DNA of 64,000 nt from Promethearchaeota archaeon (GCA_048941015.1 JBHLNZ010000006.1:18431-82430), one strand, 5' to 3'; shown: positions 21,740 to 31,551, numbered from the stretch's first letter. Numbers and translations: made by a program. The notes: generated from the letters alone by a model not told the origin.

Positions 21740-22186
21740 ATGCATCCCAATACTCGCCATTATCCAAAATATCCACATATTGGTGTTGGAATTCTTCTAA
21801 TCAGGGAAAATAGTTTGCTTTTAGTTAAAAGGAAATTTAATCCTGATGCAGGTTATTGGTCTATACCAGGTGGTCATCTAGATCTTGGTGAAAAGGTGAA
21901 AAACGCTGCAGAAAGAGAAGGTTTCGAAGAAACCGGCTTTAGAGTGCGAATAACCAAATTAGCAGGTATTATTGATAAAATAATGTATGATTCTGAAGGG
22001 GAACTTGAATATCATTATGTTCTCATTAATTACTTTGTAGAACAAATCGAAGGAGATCATAATCAACAACCTGTGCCAGATACAGATGCTTTAGAAGCTA
22101 AATTTGTAAAGTTTGATGATTTAAAGAGCTATAAATTGACTGAATCATTAATAGAACTTCTTAAACAATTAAAAATAGGATATTAA
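21740..22186 (+). CDS. Nudix hydrolase (ADP-ribose pyrophosphatase-like)
   Basis: Nudix box GGHLDLGEKVKNAAEREGFEETG. Confidence 0.9.
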   Translation: MHPNTRHYPKYPHIGVGILLIRENSLLLVKRKFNPDAGYWSIPGGHLDLGEKVKNAAEREGFEETGFRVRITKLAGIIDKIMYDSEGELEYHYVLINYFVEQIEGDHNQQPVPDTDALEAKFVKFDDLKSYKLTESLIELLKQLKIGY

Positions 22187-22353
22187 GATTCTAAGATCTT
22201 TAATTCAATGAAATATAAAAAAAATATAGATTCAATAGTTATTGATTCCATTTTTATTATTTTTTATTAAACAAAAGAATTTAATGTTTCCATAATTATT
22301 TTGATATAGAATAATATCTACTAAGTTATAATTTAAGAGATGGTTAATTAGAA

Positions 22354-23667
22354 TTGTCTACCTTAATGAAATCTGCTAAAGCTAACATAATTACTAAAGA
22401 AATGGAAATAGTCGCCCAAAAGGAACAATTAGACGTTGATTTTATTCGAAAAGGTATTGCTAATGGACGAATTATAATCCCAAAATCTAATAGGCGTAAT
22501 ACGGATCCAATAGGAATAGGAGAAGGGTTGCTTGTAAAAATAAATGCAAATATTGGTTCAAGTAAAAAAGTCTGCAATATTAATGGTGAGCTTGAAAAAG
22601 CTAAGATTGCTGTTAAGTTTGGAGCAGATACTGTTATGGATCTCAGTACAGGGGTTACAGAACAAGATGTTATAACCATAAGGAACCAGATTCTAAAAGA
22701 AATTACAGTTCCACTTGGAACGGTACCTATCTACCAATCTGCATTAAGAGCTATTGAAAAGAAAGGAGCTATAATTAATTTTGATGAAGATGATCTTTTT
22801 AATGTAGTAGAAGAACAAGCAAAGGAAGGAGTAGATTTCTTTACGATTCATGTGGGAGTTACAAAAAATATTGTAGATTATCTAAAAGAACATCCAAGAA
22901 CGATGGGAGTTGTCTCACGTGGAGGAACTTTCCTAGCAGCATGGATTCTTGAAAATGAAGTGGAAAATCCATTTTATAGCAATTATGATTATCTTTTAGA
23001 GATGGCGAAAGAGTATGATTTTACACTCTCACTTGGAGATGGGATGAGACCCGGTTGTATTTTTGACTCAACAGATTATCCTCAAATTCAAGAATTGATG
23101 GAAATTTCTAATTTAGTAAAAAGAGCATGGAATATGGATGTTCAAGTAATGGTAGAAGGACCAGGACATATTCCCGCAGATGAAGTTGAGAGAAATGTAA
23201 AAATTATGAAATCTTTATGTAATGGTGCTCCATTCTATGTCTTAGGGCCATTAGTAACTGATATTGCTCCAGGATATGATCACATTGTTAGTGCTATTGG
23301 TGGAGTCATGGCTGGTTTAGCAGGTGCAGATTATCTCTGTTATGTTACCCCTTCTGAACATTTAGCATTACCAGATAAAGAAGAGGTTAAACAAGGAGTT
23401 ATTGCATCTAAAATTGCAGCACACGCAGTGAATATTGCAAAATACGGAAAAAAGGCTTCAAATTGGGATTATAAAATGGACATAGCCCGTAAAAATTTAG
23501 ACTGGGAAGGGATGATAAAGCAATCCATCGATCCACATTTATCTCGAGAAAAACATTATCGAAATGGGTCATTTGAAGATGATGTTTGCAGTATGTGTGG
23601 GGAATTTTGTGCTATTAAAATCCTGAAAGATGCGTTAGATAAAAAAAGGTCAAAAAATTTATTGTAA
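22354..23667 (+). CDS. thiC: Phosphomethylpyrimidine synthase ThiC
   Basis: KINANIG, DTVMDLSTG, VSRGG, SLGDGMRPG, EGPGH, YVTPSEHL and CSMCGEFC motifs; TTG start. Confidence 0.95.
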   Translation: MSTLMKSAKANIITKEMEIVAQKEQLDVDFIRKGIANGRIIIPKSNRRNTDPIGIGEGLLVKINANIGSSKKVCNINGELEKAKIAVKFGADTVMDLSTGVTEQDVITIRNQILKEITVPLGTVPIYQSALRAIEKKGAIINFDEDDLFNVVEEQAKEGVDFFTIHVGVTKNIVDYLKEHPRTMGVVSRGGTFLAAWILENEVENPFYSNYDYLLEMAKEYDFTLSLGDGMRPGCIFDSTDYPQIQELMEISNLVKRAWNMDVQVMVEGPGHIPADEVERNVKIMKSLCNGAPFYVLGPLVTDIAPGYDHIVSAIGGVMAGLAGADYLCYVTPSEHLALPDKEEVKQGVIASKIAAHAVNIAKYGKKASNWDYKMDIARKNLDWEGMIKQSIDPHLSREKHYRNGSFEDDVCSMCGEFCAIKILKDALDKKRSKNLL

Positions 23668-23698
23668 AATCCGCTTTTAATGGATTGAAAAGTGCTAA

Positions 23699-25096
23699 TC
23701 AATCGATTGTATCAATCAAATTAATGATCTTCTCTATTTTTTGAATCATCTCTTTGGAATTTTTTGCAAAAACTCTAATGATCGGTTCCTTTCCTACGGC
23801 ACCTTTATCCCATATGATATCTGGAATATTTCCAAATTTATCGATACTATCTTTAATTAACCATTGCATGGTAGAATGTTCTCTCATTCGTACTTTATCA
23901 GGTTGAGTTTCTCTTAAGAATTCATAAGAAATTAAATCAGTATATGTTTGAATTTCCTTGATATATTTTTCTTCATATCGAAGATTTACTACAAAATTAA
24001 TAGAATTATCATACTCTTTCGCTGAAAGAAGCAACCTGGCAGTATGATCTGAGGCTCCAAATTTAATGTCTCCTGACGCTTTGGGATAGCCATTAACAAT
24101 TGTAATTCTACCATCAATTCCTGCAATATCTTCCTTATTTATGGCGTTTGGAAGGGAACCTGAAATGTTAGTTCTCACCTCGGGTATCAATTTAACAAAC
24201 TTTTTTGAGCTAGAAAAAAAGTTATAGATCTCCTTTATCTGATTAATTACAAAAATTTCCTTTTCAGAATAAGATAAATCAATAATTTTACCATTATCTG
24301 GTAAGTTGACAAATTTTTGGAATTTTTCATCAAAAAAGTTCTCTGCTTTCTCAATTGCTTTTAAAATAGGATTTCCTTGAGCAAGGAATGCCGTAATTGC
24401 AGAAGAAAACACACAGCCAGTCCCGTGAATATTTTTTTTAAGATTTAATTTTCTTTTCTTAAAAAGTTTAAATTCTAGTTTGAGATTATTCCTATAGCAT
24501 AATAGATCATAAATATAGTTTTTATCAATTAAACCGCCTTTAATAATAACCGCTTTCTCGCCTTTCTCTTTTCCTTTTATCGTAAACATTTTTTCAATTA
24601 GGATTTCTGTTGCTTCTTTTAACTTATGTTCGTTTTCTAATCTCAAATTCCTTAAATTCGTACTAGAATAGAATTCTGCTTCAGAGAGGTTAGGTGTAAT
24701 AATTTTTAAATGAGGAAATAAACTTTTTTCTATTTCTAATTCTAAACCTTCACTTGAAAGTCTTTCTCCAGCACTAGAAATAGATACAGGATCATAAATT
24801 ACATGTAGATTCTCTCTTTTAATATAATCAACAATAATATCAAGAGCTTGAACATCTGGAATCATACCAATTTTCACATATTTTATTGGATAAACACTTA
24901 AAATTGCATCCAATTGTAAATCAAGAGTATCCGAGAGGGATTTGTATCCATGAAATTCTGTTGCCGATTGATATGTAATTGCTGTTATAACAGAAAAAGG
25001 ATGAACACCACATCTATCAAAAGTTCTAATATCTGCTTGAATTCCTGCACCAGATGTAGGATCAGCTCCTGCAATTGTTAAACAAAAATTTGTCAT
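23699..25096 (-). CDS. thiD: Bifunctional hydroxymethylpyrimidine/phosphomethylpyrimidine kinase fused to ThiN thiamine-phosphate synthase domain
   Basis: IAGADPTSGAGIQAD and HGTGCVFSSAI (ThiD). C-terminal LIPEVRTNI, FGASDHTAR and DKGAVGKEP (ThiN). Confidence 0.9.
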   Translation of the reverse strand: MTNFCLTIAGADPTSGAGIQADIRTFDRCGVHPFSVITAITYQSATEFHGYKSLSDTLDLQLDAILSVYPIKYVKIGMIPDVQALDIIVDYIKRENLHVIYDPVSISSAGERLSSEGLELEIEKSLFPHLKIITPNLSEAEFYSSTNLRNLRLENEHKLKEATEILIEKMFTIKGKEKGEKAVIIKGGLIDKNYIYDLLCYRNNLKLEFKLFKKRKLNLKKNIHGTGCVFSSAITAFLAQGNPILKAIEKAENFFDEKFQKFVNLPDNGKIIDLSYSEKEIFVINQIKEIYNFFSSSKKFVKLIPEVRTNISGSLPNAINKEDIAGIDGRITIVNGYPKASGDIKFGASDHTARLLLSAKEYDNSINFVVNLRYEEKYIKEIQTYTDLISYEFLRETQPDKVRMREHSTMQWLIKDSIDKFGNIPDIIWDKGAVGKEPIIRVFAKNSKEMIQKIEKIINLIDTID

Positions 25097-25159
25097 TATA
25101 CAATATAGTATATATTTTTTAAATAAGTTATATATTTTCTATTCGTTTGATATTATTAT

Positions 25160-26460
25160 TGGAGAGATCCAGTCTTTAGGACAACCAAATTTAGTTATTG
25201 GATACTCTGTTTAGTTTTAAATAGGAACAATTCTCGAATAATACTAAAATGAGATTAACTGAAATTATTCAAATTAACCATTTACGGGAATTATCAAACG
25301 TATGTCATTTAGCCAAAAATCTTTACAATATAGCTAACTGGTATATTAGGCAGGATTTTTTTAATCTCAATAATCTTTTATCCTATTATGATTTAAATTT
25401 CATCCTTAAAGACAAATATGCTTACCAAAACCTTCCTTCTCAGACAGCACAGCAAATATTAAAAATAATTATTAGAAATTGGAGATCTTATTTTAATGCT
25501 TTGAGGGAATATAAAAGAGATAGCAATAAATTCAAGAAAAAGCCGAATATTCCACGATATAAAAGAAAAAATGGAGAATTTGTCACAATTTTCACCAATC
25601 AGCAATGTAGAATAATACAAGGATATTTATATTTCCCAAAAAGAGTGAATATTCATCCAATTAAAACAAGAATTACAGAAAAGCTAAAAGAAGTAAGGTT
25701 AATCCCTTTAGGAGTAAAGTATAAAGTTGAAATAGTGTATGAAAAAGAAGAGAAGGATTTTGGATTAAAAAAAGATAGAATATTAAGTATTGATTTGGGA
25801 CTAAATAATCTCATAACTGCTGTAAATAATAATGGATGCAGACCATTTATTATTAAAGGTGGGATGATTAAGTCCATCAATCAATATTATAATAAACGAA
25901 TAGCATATTTTAGAAGTATTGAAAATAAAAAAGGCAATTATAAAGATACCAAAAGAATTCAAAAACTTCATATAACTAGAAACAATAAACTTATGACATT
26001 ATTTCATCGAGTCTCTAAGAATGTAATTGATTATTGTATTCAAAAAAACATTGGAACTATTGTAATCGGATATAATTTTGGTTGGAAACAGAACGTTAAA
26101 ATAGGAAAAAAGAATAATCAGAAATTTGTTCAACTTCCTTTTCTGAAGCTAATGAAACAAATCGAATATAAAGCTAAATTAAAAGGAATTCAAATAAAAC
26201 GAATTGAAGAATCATACACTTCCAAATGCTCTTTCTTGGATAATGAACCGATCGGAAGACATGAAAGATATGCCGGAAAAAGAATTTTTAGAGGATTGTA
26301 TAAAACTTCCAATGGTACTTTAATCAATGCAGATGTTAATGGGGCCTATAATATTATGAGAAAAGCATTCCCAAATGCCATTTCGGTTGATGGGATAGAG
26401 GCATTCGGACTAATGCCACAAATAATACAACATAATATTGTTGACACTATTATTTGAAAT
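25160..26460 (+). mobile_element. Solo-tnpB (IS1341-like) non-autonomous element; ends approximate
   Basis: tnpB with no adjacent tnpA. Imperfect hairpin upstream (25163-25208) and strong hairpins over the tnpB 3' end (26400-26456). Confidence 0.55.
25249..26457 (+). CDS. tnpB: IS200/IS605-family RNA-guided endonuclease TnpB
   Basis: N-terminal AKNLYNIANW, RuvC-I SIDLGLNNL, EESYTSKCS and RuvC-III INADVNGAYNI. Confidence 0.92.
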   Translation: MRLTEIIQINHLRELSNVCHLAKNLYNIANWYIRQDFFNLNNLLSYYDLNFILKDKYAYQNLPSQTAQQILKIIIRNWRSYFNALREYKRDSNKFKKKPNIPRYKRKNGEFVTIFTNQQCRIIQGYLYFPKRVNIHPIKTRITEKLKEVRLIPLGVKYKVEIVYEKEEKDFGLKKDRILSIDLGLNNLITAVNNNGCRPFIIKGGMIKSINQYYNKRIAYFRSIENKKGNYKDTKRIQKLHITRNNKLMTLFHRVSKNVIDYCIQKNIGTIVIGYNFGWKQNVKIGKKNNQKFVQLPFLKLMKQIEYKAKLKGIQIKRIEESYTSKCSFLDNEPIGRHERYAGKRIFRGLYKTSNGTLINADVNGAYNIMRKAFPNAISVDGIEAFGLMPQIIQHNIVDTII

Positions 26461-26480
26461 AAAATGAGTATAATCTTACT
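26360..26480 (+). ncRNA. Putative TnpB omega (re)RNA scaffold 3' part/right-end structure overlapping the tnpB stop
   Basis: Hairpins GCATT/AATGC (26365-26378), GGCATT-CGGACT-AATGCC (26400-26417) and CAAATAATA..CAACA/TGTTG..TATTATTTG (26419-26456). The location matches known TnpB omegaRNA placement; boundaries are inferred. Confidence 0.45.
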
Positions 26481-26484
26481 TATT

Positions 26485-27066
26485 TTAATGGTCTTTAACT
26501 CTATCATAAGCCCATTTAGCTTTATCCATCAATCCTAAAGCTTCATAAGATTTTGCTAAATAAAGAAAACCATCAGGATAATCATATTTCTCTTTAACTA
26601 ATTTGAATAATTGATTGATTGCTAAATCATATCGTCCTTGTAAGTAATTAATCTTTCCTCTTAAAAAGGTTATTCTTTGTCCTTTTTCGCTATTAATATT
26701 TTTATCATCATGAAAATCTAATCTTGATAATGCATAATCATACTCGTTTGCTTCAATTAATATATCAATAGACTCGGAAAATTTAAGAAAGGCTATATTA
26801 TCAGCAACTTTTCCAATTTTCTGAAGAATGTCTCTTTCTAATATCTTCTTGTATTCTTGTTGTTTCTCTTTTTCTTTTTTATCAATATAAGATTTAAAAT
26901 TCTTGATAATTTCCTGAGAATATGGTTCATTACATAAGGGACATCTTAAAGAATGCATTACCCATTCTTTTAAACAATTAAAATGAGTGGGATGACCATT
27001 CGGACATTCTTGATATGATTCATCTCCTTCATTAATACTCATGTGACAGATAATACATGAAGGCAT
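26485..27066 (-). CDS. RING-H2 zinc finger + TPR protein (putative E3 ligase-like)
   Basis: CIIC-x12-CPNGHPTHFNC-x10-CPLC, a coiled segment, then C-terminal TPR-like helices. Confidence 0.8.
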   Translation of the reverse strand: MPSCIICHMSINEGDESYQECPNGHPTHFNCLKEWVMHSLRCPLCNEPYSQEIIKNFKSYIDKKEKEKQQEYKKILERDILQKIGKVADNIAFLKFSESIDILIEANEYDYALSRLDFHDDKNINSEKGQRITFLRGKINYLQGRYDLAINQLFKLVKEKYDYPDGFLYLAKSYEALGLMDKAKWAYDRVKDH

Positions 27067-27168
27067 GATAATCAGAAAACTATTTAATAAATTATAAAAT
27101 TATCACTTTTAAGTCTATGTTATTACTAATAATATATTCTAGAATATTGGTTTAATAGGCGATCTTTT

Positions 27169-28737
27169 ATGTCACTTGCCAAAGAAGAATTATTTAATGA
27201 ACTTCTATCAAATTTTTTAAAATTGAATGATGATTTGGAAGCTGTTATCGTCTCTGACCATCAAGGCTTCGTAATCGCTGGTGAGAAGAAAAAGAGTGTA
27301 GATTTAGAATTAGTATCAGTTCTCACAGCTCTGATAAATCCTATCTTAGAAAGAATGAGGAGTGAGTTTGCTTTCAAGAGGTTTGGGAGTGCATCTTTTG
27401 ATACTGAAGAGCACCGTTTTTTATTTATTTCTATTGATGAAAATGTAACACTTAGTTTAGTCTTAAACACTTTGGCTTCAATAGATATAATTTCACCATA
27501 TGCTTTTTTTCTCGCTGAGAAAGTTGCTCAAATTATTTTCGCTCAAGAAGGAGATCAAATACAAATTACCATCCCAAATTTTGAAATAGAAGCCAATATT
27601 TCAGAGTCTTCAGATAGAGTTAAAGAACAAATTTATCAGCTTAGGCTAGAATCTGGAAATAAATATCGATTTAAATTTGTAATTATTGGGGACCATGAAG
27701 TTGGAAAAACCTCACTTATTCGCAGGTTTGTTGAAAATAAATTTTCTAATGATTATCGGTCAACTTTAGGCCTAAATGTAACCAGTCATTCTATTGAATT
27801 TTATGGAAATGAAGTAATCTTTGTTTTATTCGATATTGGGGCACAAGAATATTTTAAGAGGTTCAGAAAGACCTATTATCAAGGTGCTCAAGCAGCCTTT
27901 ATCGTTTTTGATTTAACTAATGAAGACTCTTTTAAAAATGTAAAAAAATGGTATAAGGAAATGCAATCTTTTATTGGAAATAGAGATATTCCAGTAGTAT
28001 TAGTAGGTAATAAATCCGATTTAATAAAAGAGAGACGAGTAGAATATCAAGATGGTACAAAGTTAGTAAATGAATTCATTGAAGAATTTTCTTCTAAGGA
28101 TTTTTCATATATTGAAACCAGTGCATTAACTGGTGAAAATGTTGAAGATGCTTTTAGCCTAATCGCTTATCATTATATAGTAAAAACAAAGGAACAAGAA
28201 GAAGAACGCCTTAAAAAAAATTTAATGAAAATTATTAACTCTATTCTTAATGAAAACAAAAAATTAATGCTTTCTTTTATAACAGAAAATCCGTATTGGA
28301 GTCCTGGCTTACAGATTTTGAATGAAATAAACAGTTTATATGAATGTGAAAAGATATATGATGATAAAGAGACAAAATACTATGAATATTCAAATGGCTT
28401 AGCAATCAAAAACTTCCTTTTTGAAAAATTCAATGTTTATGGCTCCGATGGAGTTCTCATCATTTTTGATGCGAGAAAAAGACAAAATATTGACCCTGAA
28501 TGGAAAGAAATTGTTTATAAAATTATCGATGAACTTGAAGAAAATAAGGTTGCTTTAATTGGGGTAAGAGTGCCAGAAGAAAGTAATTGGTCCAAAATTA
28601 TAGAACAGTTTAATGTAAATATACGTTTAGAGAAAAAGTTTATCTCACTTTTATTTTTTAAAATAGGGTTTGAATATCGATTAGAAATTTATGATCAGCT
28701 TGAAGTAATGTTAAATAACATTAAAGATTTAAGCTGA
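27169..28737 (+). CDS. Roadblock/LC7-like domain + Rab-like small GTPase + degenerate C-terminal GTPase-like domain (paralogue 1)
   Basis: N-terminal AVIVSDHQGFVIAG roadblock pattern; G1 GDHEVGKT, G3 DIGAQ, G4 NKSD, G5 ETSAL. Confidence 0.88.
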   Translation: MSLAKEELFNELLSNFLKLNDDLEAVIVSDHQGFVIAGEKKKSVDLELVSVLTALINPILERMRSEFAFKRFGSASFDTEEHRFLFISIDENVTLSLVLNTLASIDIISPYAFFLAEKVAQIIFAQEGDQIQITIPNFEIEANISESSDRVKEQIYQLRLESGNKYRFKFVIIGDHEVGKTSLIRRFVENKFSNDYRSTLGLNVTSHSIEFYGNEVIFVLFDIGAQEYFKRFRKTYYQGAQAAFIVFDLTNEDSFKNVKKWYKEMQSFIGNRDIPVVLVGNKSDLIKERRVEYQDGTKLVNEFIEEFSSKDFSYIETSALTGENVEDAFSLIAYHYIVKTKEQEEERLKKNLMKIINSILNENKKLMLSFITENPYWSPGLQILNEINSLYECEKIYDDKETKYYEYSNGLAIKNFLFEKFNVYGSDGVLIIFDARKRQNIDPEWKEIVYKIIDELEENKVALIGVRVPEESNWSKIIEQFNVNIRLEKKFISLLFFKIGFEYRLEIYDQLEVMLNNIKDLS

Positions 28738-28840
28738 TTAAGATTTTTATTAAAAAAAATTCAACAAATCTGCTTCTCTTTACCCTCTTTTAATCTTATT
28801 GAAGATAATTAATTCTTTATAAATAGCTATTTTTAATAAT

Positions 28841-30475
28841 ATGTTATGTTATTATATTGATAAGAAAATAATAGCTTCCCATTATTCAAAAAACGAGGAG
28901 ATTTTTATTTCAATAAACAGAAATCAATTATTCCATGATATATTAAATAGATTTCTTGAAAGATTTTATGAATTAGAAGCAGTGATCATCTCAGATTTTG
29001 AAGGATTAATTCTTGCTGGAGAGAAGCAAAAAGGTTATGAAGATAAACTTGAAATAATATCAGTCCTCACAACTTTAATAAATCCTGTTTTAGATAGAAT
29101 TAGAAATGAGTTTTCATTTAAGAATTTTGGCACTGCTTCGTTTGATACTGAGGAACATAGATTATTATTTATATCAATAGATGCTGAGAGAACATTAAGT
29201 TTTATTCTTAATAGTATGGCTTCCATTGAGAAAATAGCGCCTTATGGTCTTTTTTTAGCAGAAAAATCAGCACAAATTCTTAATGCTAAAGAAGATGATT
29301 TAATCCAAATTTCGATACCTGATTTTGAAAGTGAAGTTGATCGCCATCAGTCATTAAAGCAATCACTTATTCAATCGGAGCTTGAGGAGAAAGGTACATA
29401 TAGCTTTAAATTTGTAGTTGTTGGAGATCATGAAGTTGGCAAAACCTCAATTATTAGAAGATTCGTTGAAAGGAAATTTTCAGCAGATTATCGAGCCACA
29501 ATTGGATTAAACATTCTAGCACATAATTTTTTCTTGGAAGGTAATGAAATTGCATTGACTTTATGGGATTTAGGAGCTCAAGAATTCTTCAAAAGGTATA
29601 GAAAAATTTACTATACTGGTGCTGAAGCTGCTTTTATTGTTTATGATTTATCTAATAAGAACTCCTTTGAAAATGTTATAAATTGGTATAATGAATTAAC
29701 TGAATTTATTATAGACAAAGATATCCCTATTGTTATAGTTGCTAATAAGCTTGATTTAGCTGATAAAAGAGTTATAACTCGCGAGGAAGGATTAGAATTG
29801 ATTAATAAATTGTCAGATTCAGATTCAGGATTATCCTATATGGAAACAAGTGCTTTAAGTGGTGAGAACGTTCAAGATGCATTTAAATTAATTGCTTACC
29901 ATTATATTTTGAGGAGTAAACAAAAAGCGAAAGAAATCATAAAAGAGGATCTTTTCGAAGTAATAAAATCAACTTTAAAAGATTTAGTGATATTAGAATT
30001 AACCTTTATTTATGAAAATCTAAGCTGGAATCCTGGATTTCAAGTGATATTAGATATAGAAAAGTTAGGTGAATATTCTAAAATAAAGGATAATACCCTA
30101 GAAAAATTGTATGCCTATAAAAATGGTTTAATTCTAAATAATGCTACCTATGATAATTTTAACCTTAGTAATTCTGATGGAGTTTTTTGCATTTTTGATG
30201 CACGAGAAAGAGAACATATAGATCCTAAATGGAAAGATATTCTTGTCAACATTATCCAAAAAATCCGCAAAAAGCGGGCAATAGTAGTTGGTCTTCGTGT
30301 TTCTGAGGGCACTAATTGGTCCCAGTTGATGGAAGAGTTCGAAATTGAGCAAGATCTCGAAGAAAAATTGGTATCAGTTTTATTTCTTAAAATTGGTAAA
30401 GATTATCGAGAAAAAATTTATGAACATCTAAAAGTTTTGTTAAATGCAATAGTAAATACACGCAACTTGAAATAG
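28841..30475 (+). CDS. Roadblock/LC7-like domain + Rab-like small GTPase + degenerate C-terminal GTPase-like domain (paralogue 2); true start probably ATT at 28907
   Basis: Colinear with paralogue 1: GDHEVGKT, DLGAQ, NKLD, ETSAL. GAGGAG lies 6 nt before ATT 28907. Confidence 0.88.
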   Translation: MLCYYIDKKIIASHYSKNEEIFISINRNQLFHDILNRFLERFYELEAVIISDFEGLILAGEKQKGYEDKLEIISVLTTLINPVLDRIRNEFSFKNFGTASFDTEEHRLLFISIDAERTLSFILNSMASIEKIAPYGLFLAEKSAQILNAKEDDLIQISIPDFESEVDRHQSLKQSLIQSELEEKGTYSFKFVVVGDHEVGKTSIIRRFVERKFSADYRATIGLNILAHNFFLEGNEIALTLWDLGAQEFFKRYRKIYYTGAEAAFIVYDLSNKNSFENVINWYNELTEFIIDKDIPIVIVANKLDLADKRVITREEGLELINKLSDSDSGLSYMETSALSGENVQDAFKLIAYHYILRSKQKAKEIIKEDLFEVIKSTLKDLVILELTFIYENLSWNPGFQVILDIEKLGEYSKIKDNTLEKLYAYKNGLILNNATYDNFNLSNSDGVFCIFDAREREHIDPKWKDILVNIIQKIRKKRAIVVGLRVSEGTNWSQLMEEFEIEQDLEEKLVSVLFLKIGKDYREKIYEHLKVLLNAIVNTRNLK

Positions 30476-30477
30476 GA

Positions 30478-31551
30478 TTATTTTTTCAATCGTATTTTTA
30501 ATTTTTCTGTTATTAAATCTCCCATCTCTTTAGTTGATAAGGTCTTTATTGTAGGATTTCTTAAATCAACAGTTCTTCCTTCTTCAAGTGCTTCTTCTAC
30601 GGACTTTTCAATCTCTTTCGCTATTACCAAAGATTGAAATGACTCTTGTATCATTAACTTAACACTTAATATTGCCCCAATCGGATTTGCTATGTTTTTT
30701 CCTGCGATGTCTGGTGCTGAACCATGAATCGGTTCATACATTGAGATCTTACCGGGATTGATATTCCCACTAGCAGCCATCCCAAGACTTCCAATTAAAA
30801 ATGCCCCTTCATCAGAAATAATGTCGCCAAACATATTCCCAGTAACAACCGTTTGATAATTATATGGAGCTCTAATAAGCCATTGACAGAATGCATCGAT
30901 ATAAATATCTTCCATTTGTATCTCAGGATACTCGTGGCCAATTTCGTGAAATATCTTTCTCCATAACTTACTCGGATTTAGGAGGTTGGCTTTATCAACC
31001 GAAGTAATTTTGGAATGACCCCTTTTTTTAGCAAATTCAAAAGCAAATCGAATAATTCTCTCACAACCATTTCGAGTATATAACATAACATTATGTGCTT
31101 CGTTATCTGAATATTCTCCAACATTTTTATATAACCCTTCAGTATTTTCTCTTACGAAAGTAATATCAATTCCTTTCCCAATAAATTCTTCTTTAAGAGG
31201 ACATCTATCCCATAATGATTTATATAATTTTATTGGTCTGAGATTTACATATAAATCTAATTCTTGACGAATTTTTAGTAAAGCTGATTCAGCAACTCCA
31301 GGAGGTAAATCAGGAAGTCCAATCGCTCCAAACAATAAAGCATCAGATTTCCTTATAATATTAAACGATTTTTCAGGGAGACTGATTCCATACTTTTTTA
31401 AAACAGCTCCACCTGCAGGAGCTTCTTTAAAATCAAATTCAAATTCTGAATAATCCGAGATTAATTTAAGAGTTTTAATACCTTCCTCTACAACCTCAGG
31501 ACCGACACCATCTCCTTTACAAATAGAAATTATTTTTTTCATTAAAATCAA
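30478..31551 (-). CDS. leuB: 3-isopropylmalate dehydrogenase / beta-decarboxylating dehydrogenase family
   Basis: GDGVGPEV, RENTEGLY, VDKAN, NMFGDIISD and EPIHGSAPDIAG motifs. Confidence 0.85.
   Translation of the reverse strand: MILMKKIISICKGDGVGPEVVEEGIKTLKLISDYSEFEFDFKEAPAGGAVLKKYGISLPEKSFNIIRKSDALLFGAIGLPDLPPGVAESALLKIRQELDLYVNLRPIKLYKSLWDRCPLKEEFIGKGIDITFVRENTEGLYKNVGEYSDNEAHNVMLYTRNGCERIIRFAFEFAKKRGHSKITSVDKANLLNPSKLWRKIFHEIGHEYPEIQMEDIYIDAFCQWLIRAPYNYQTVVTGNMFGDIISDEGAFLIGSLGMAASGNINPGKISMYEPIHGSAPDIAGKNIANPIGAILSVKLMIQESFQSLVIAKEIEKSVEEALEEGRTVDLRNPTIKTLSTKEMGDLITEKLKIRLKK

Noticed and set aside
22187-22353. TPP riboswitch upstream of thiC (also checked upstream of thiD)
   Set aside because: No CUGAGA-type core or GC-containing stems; the region is almost pure A/T.
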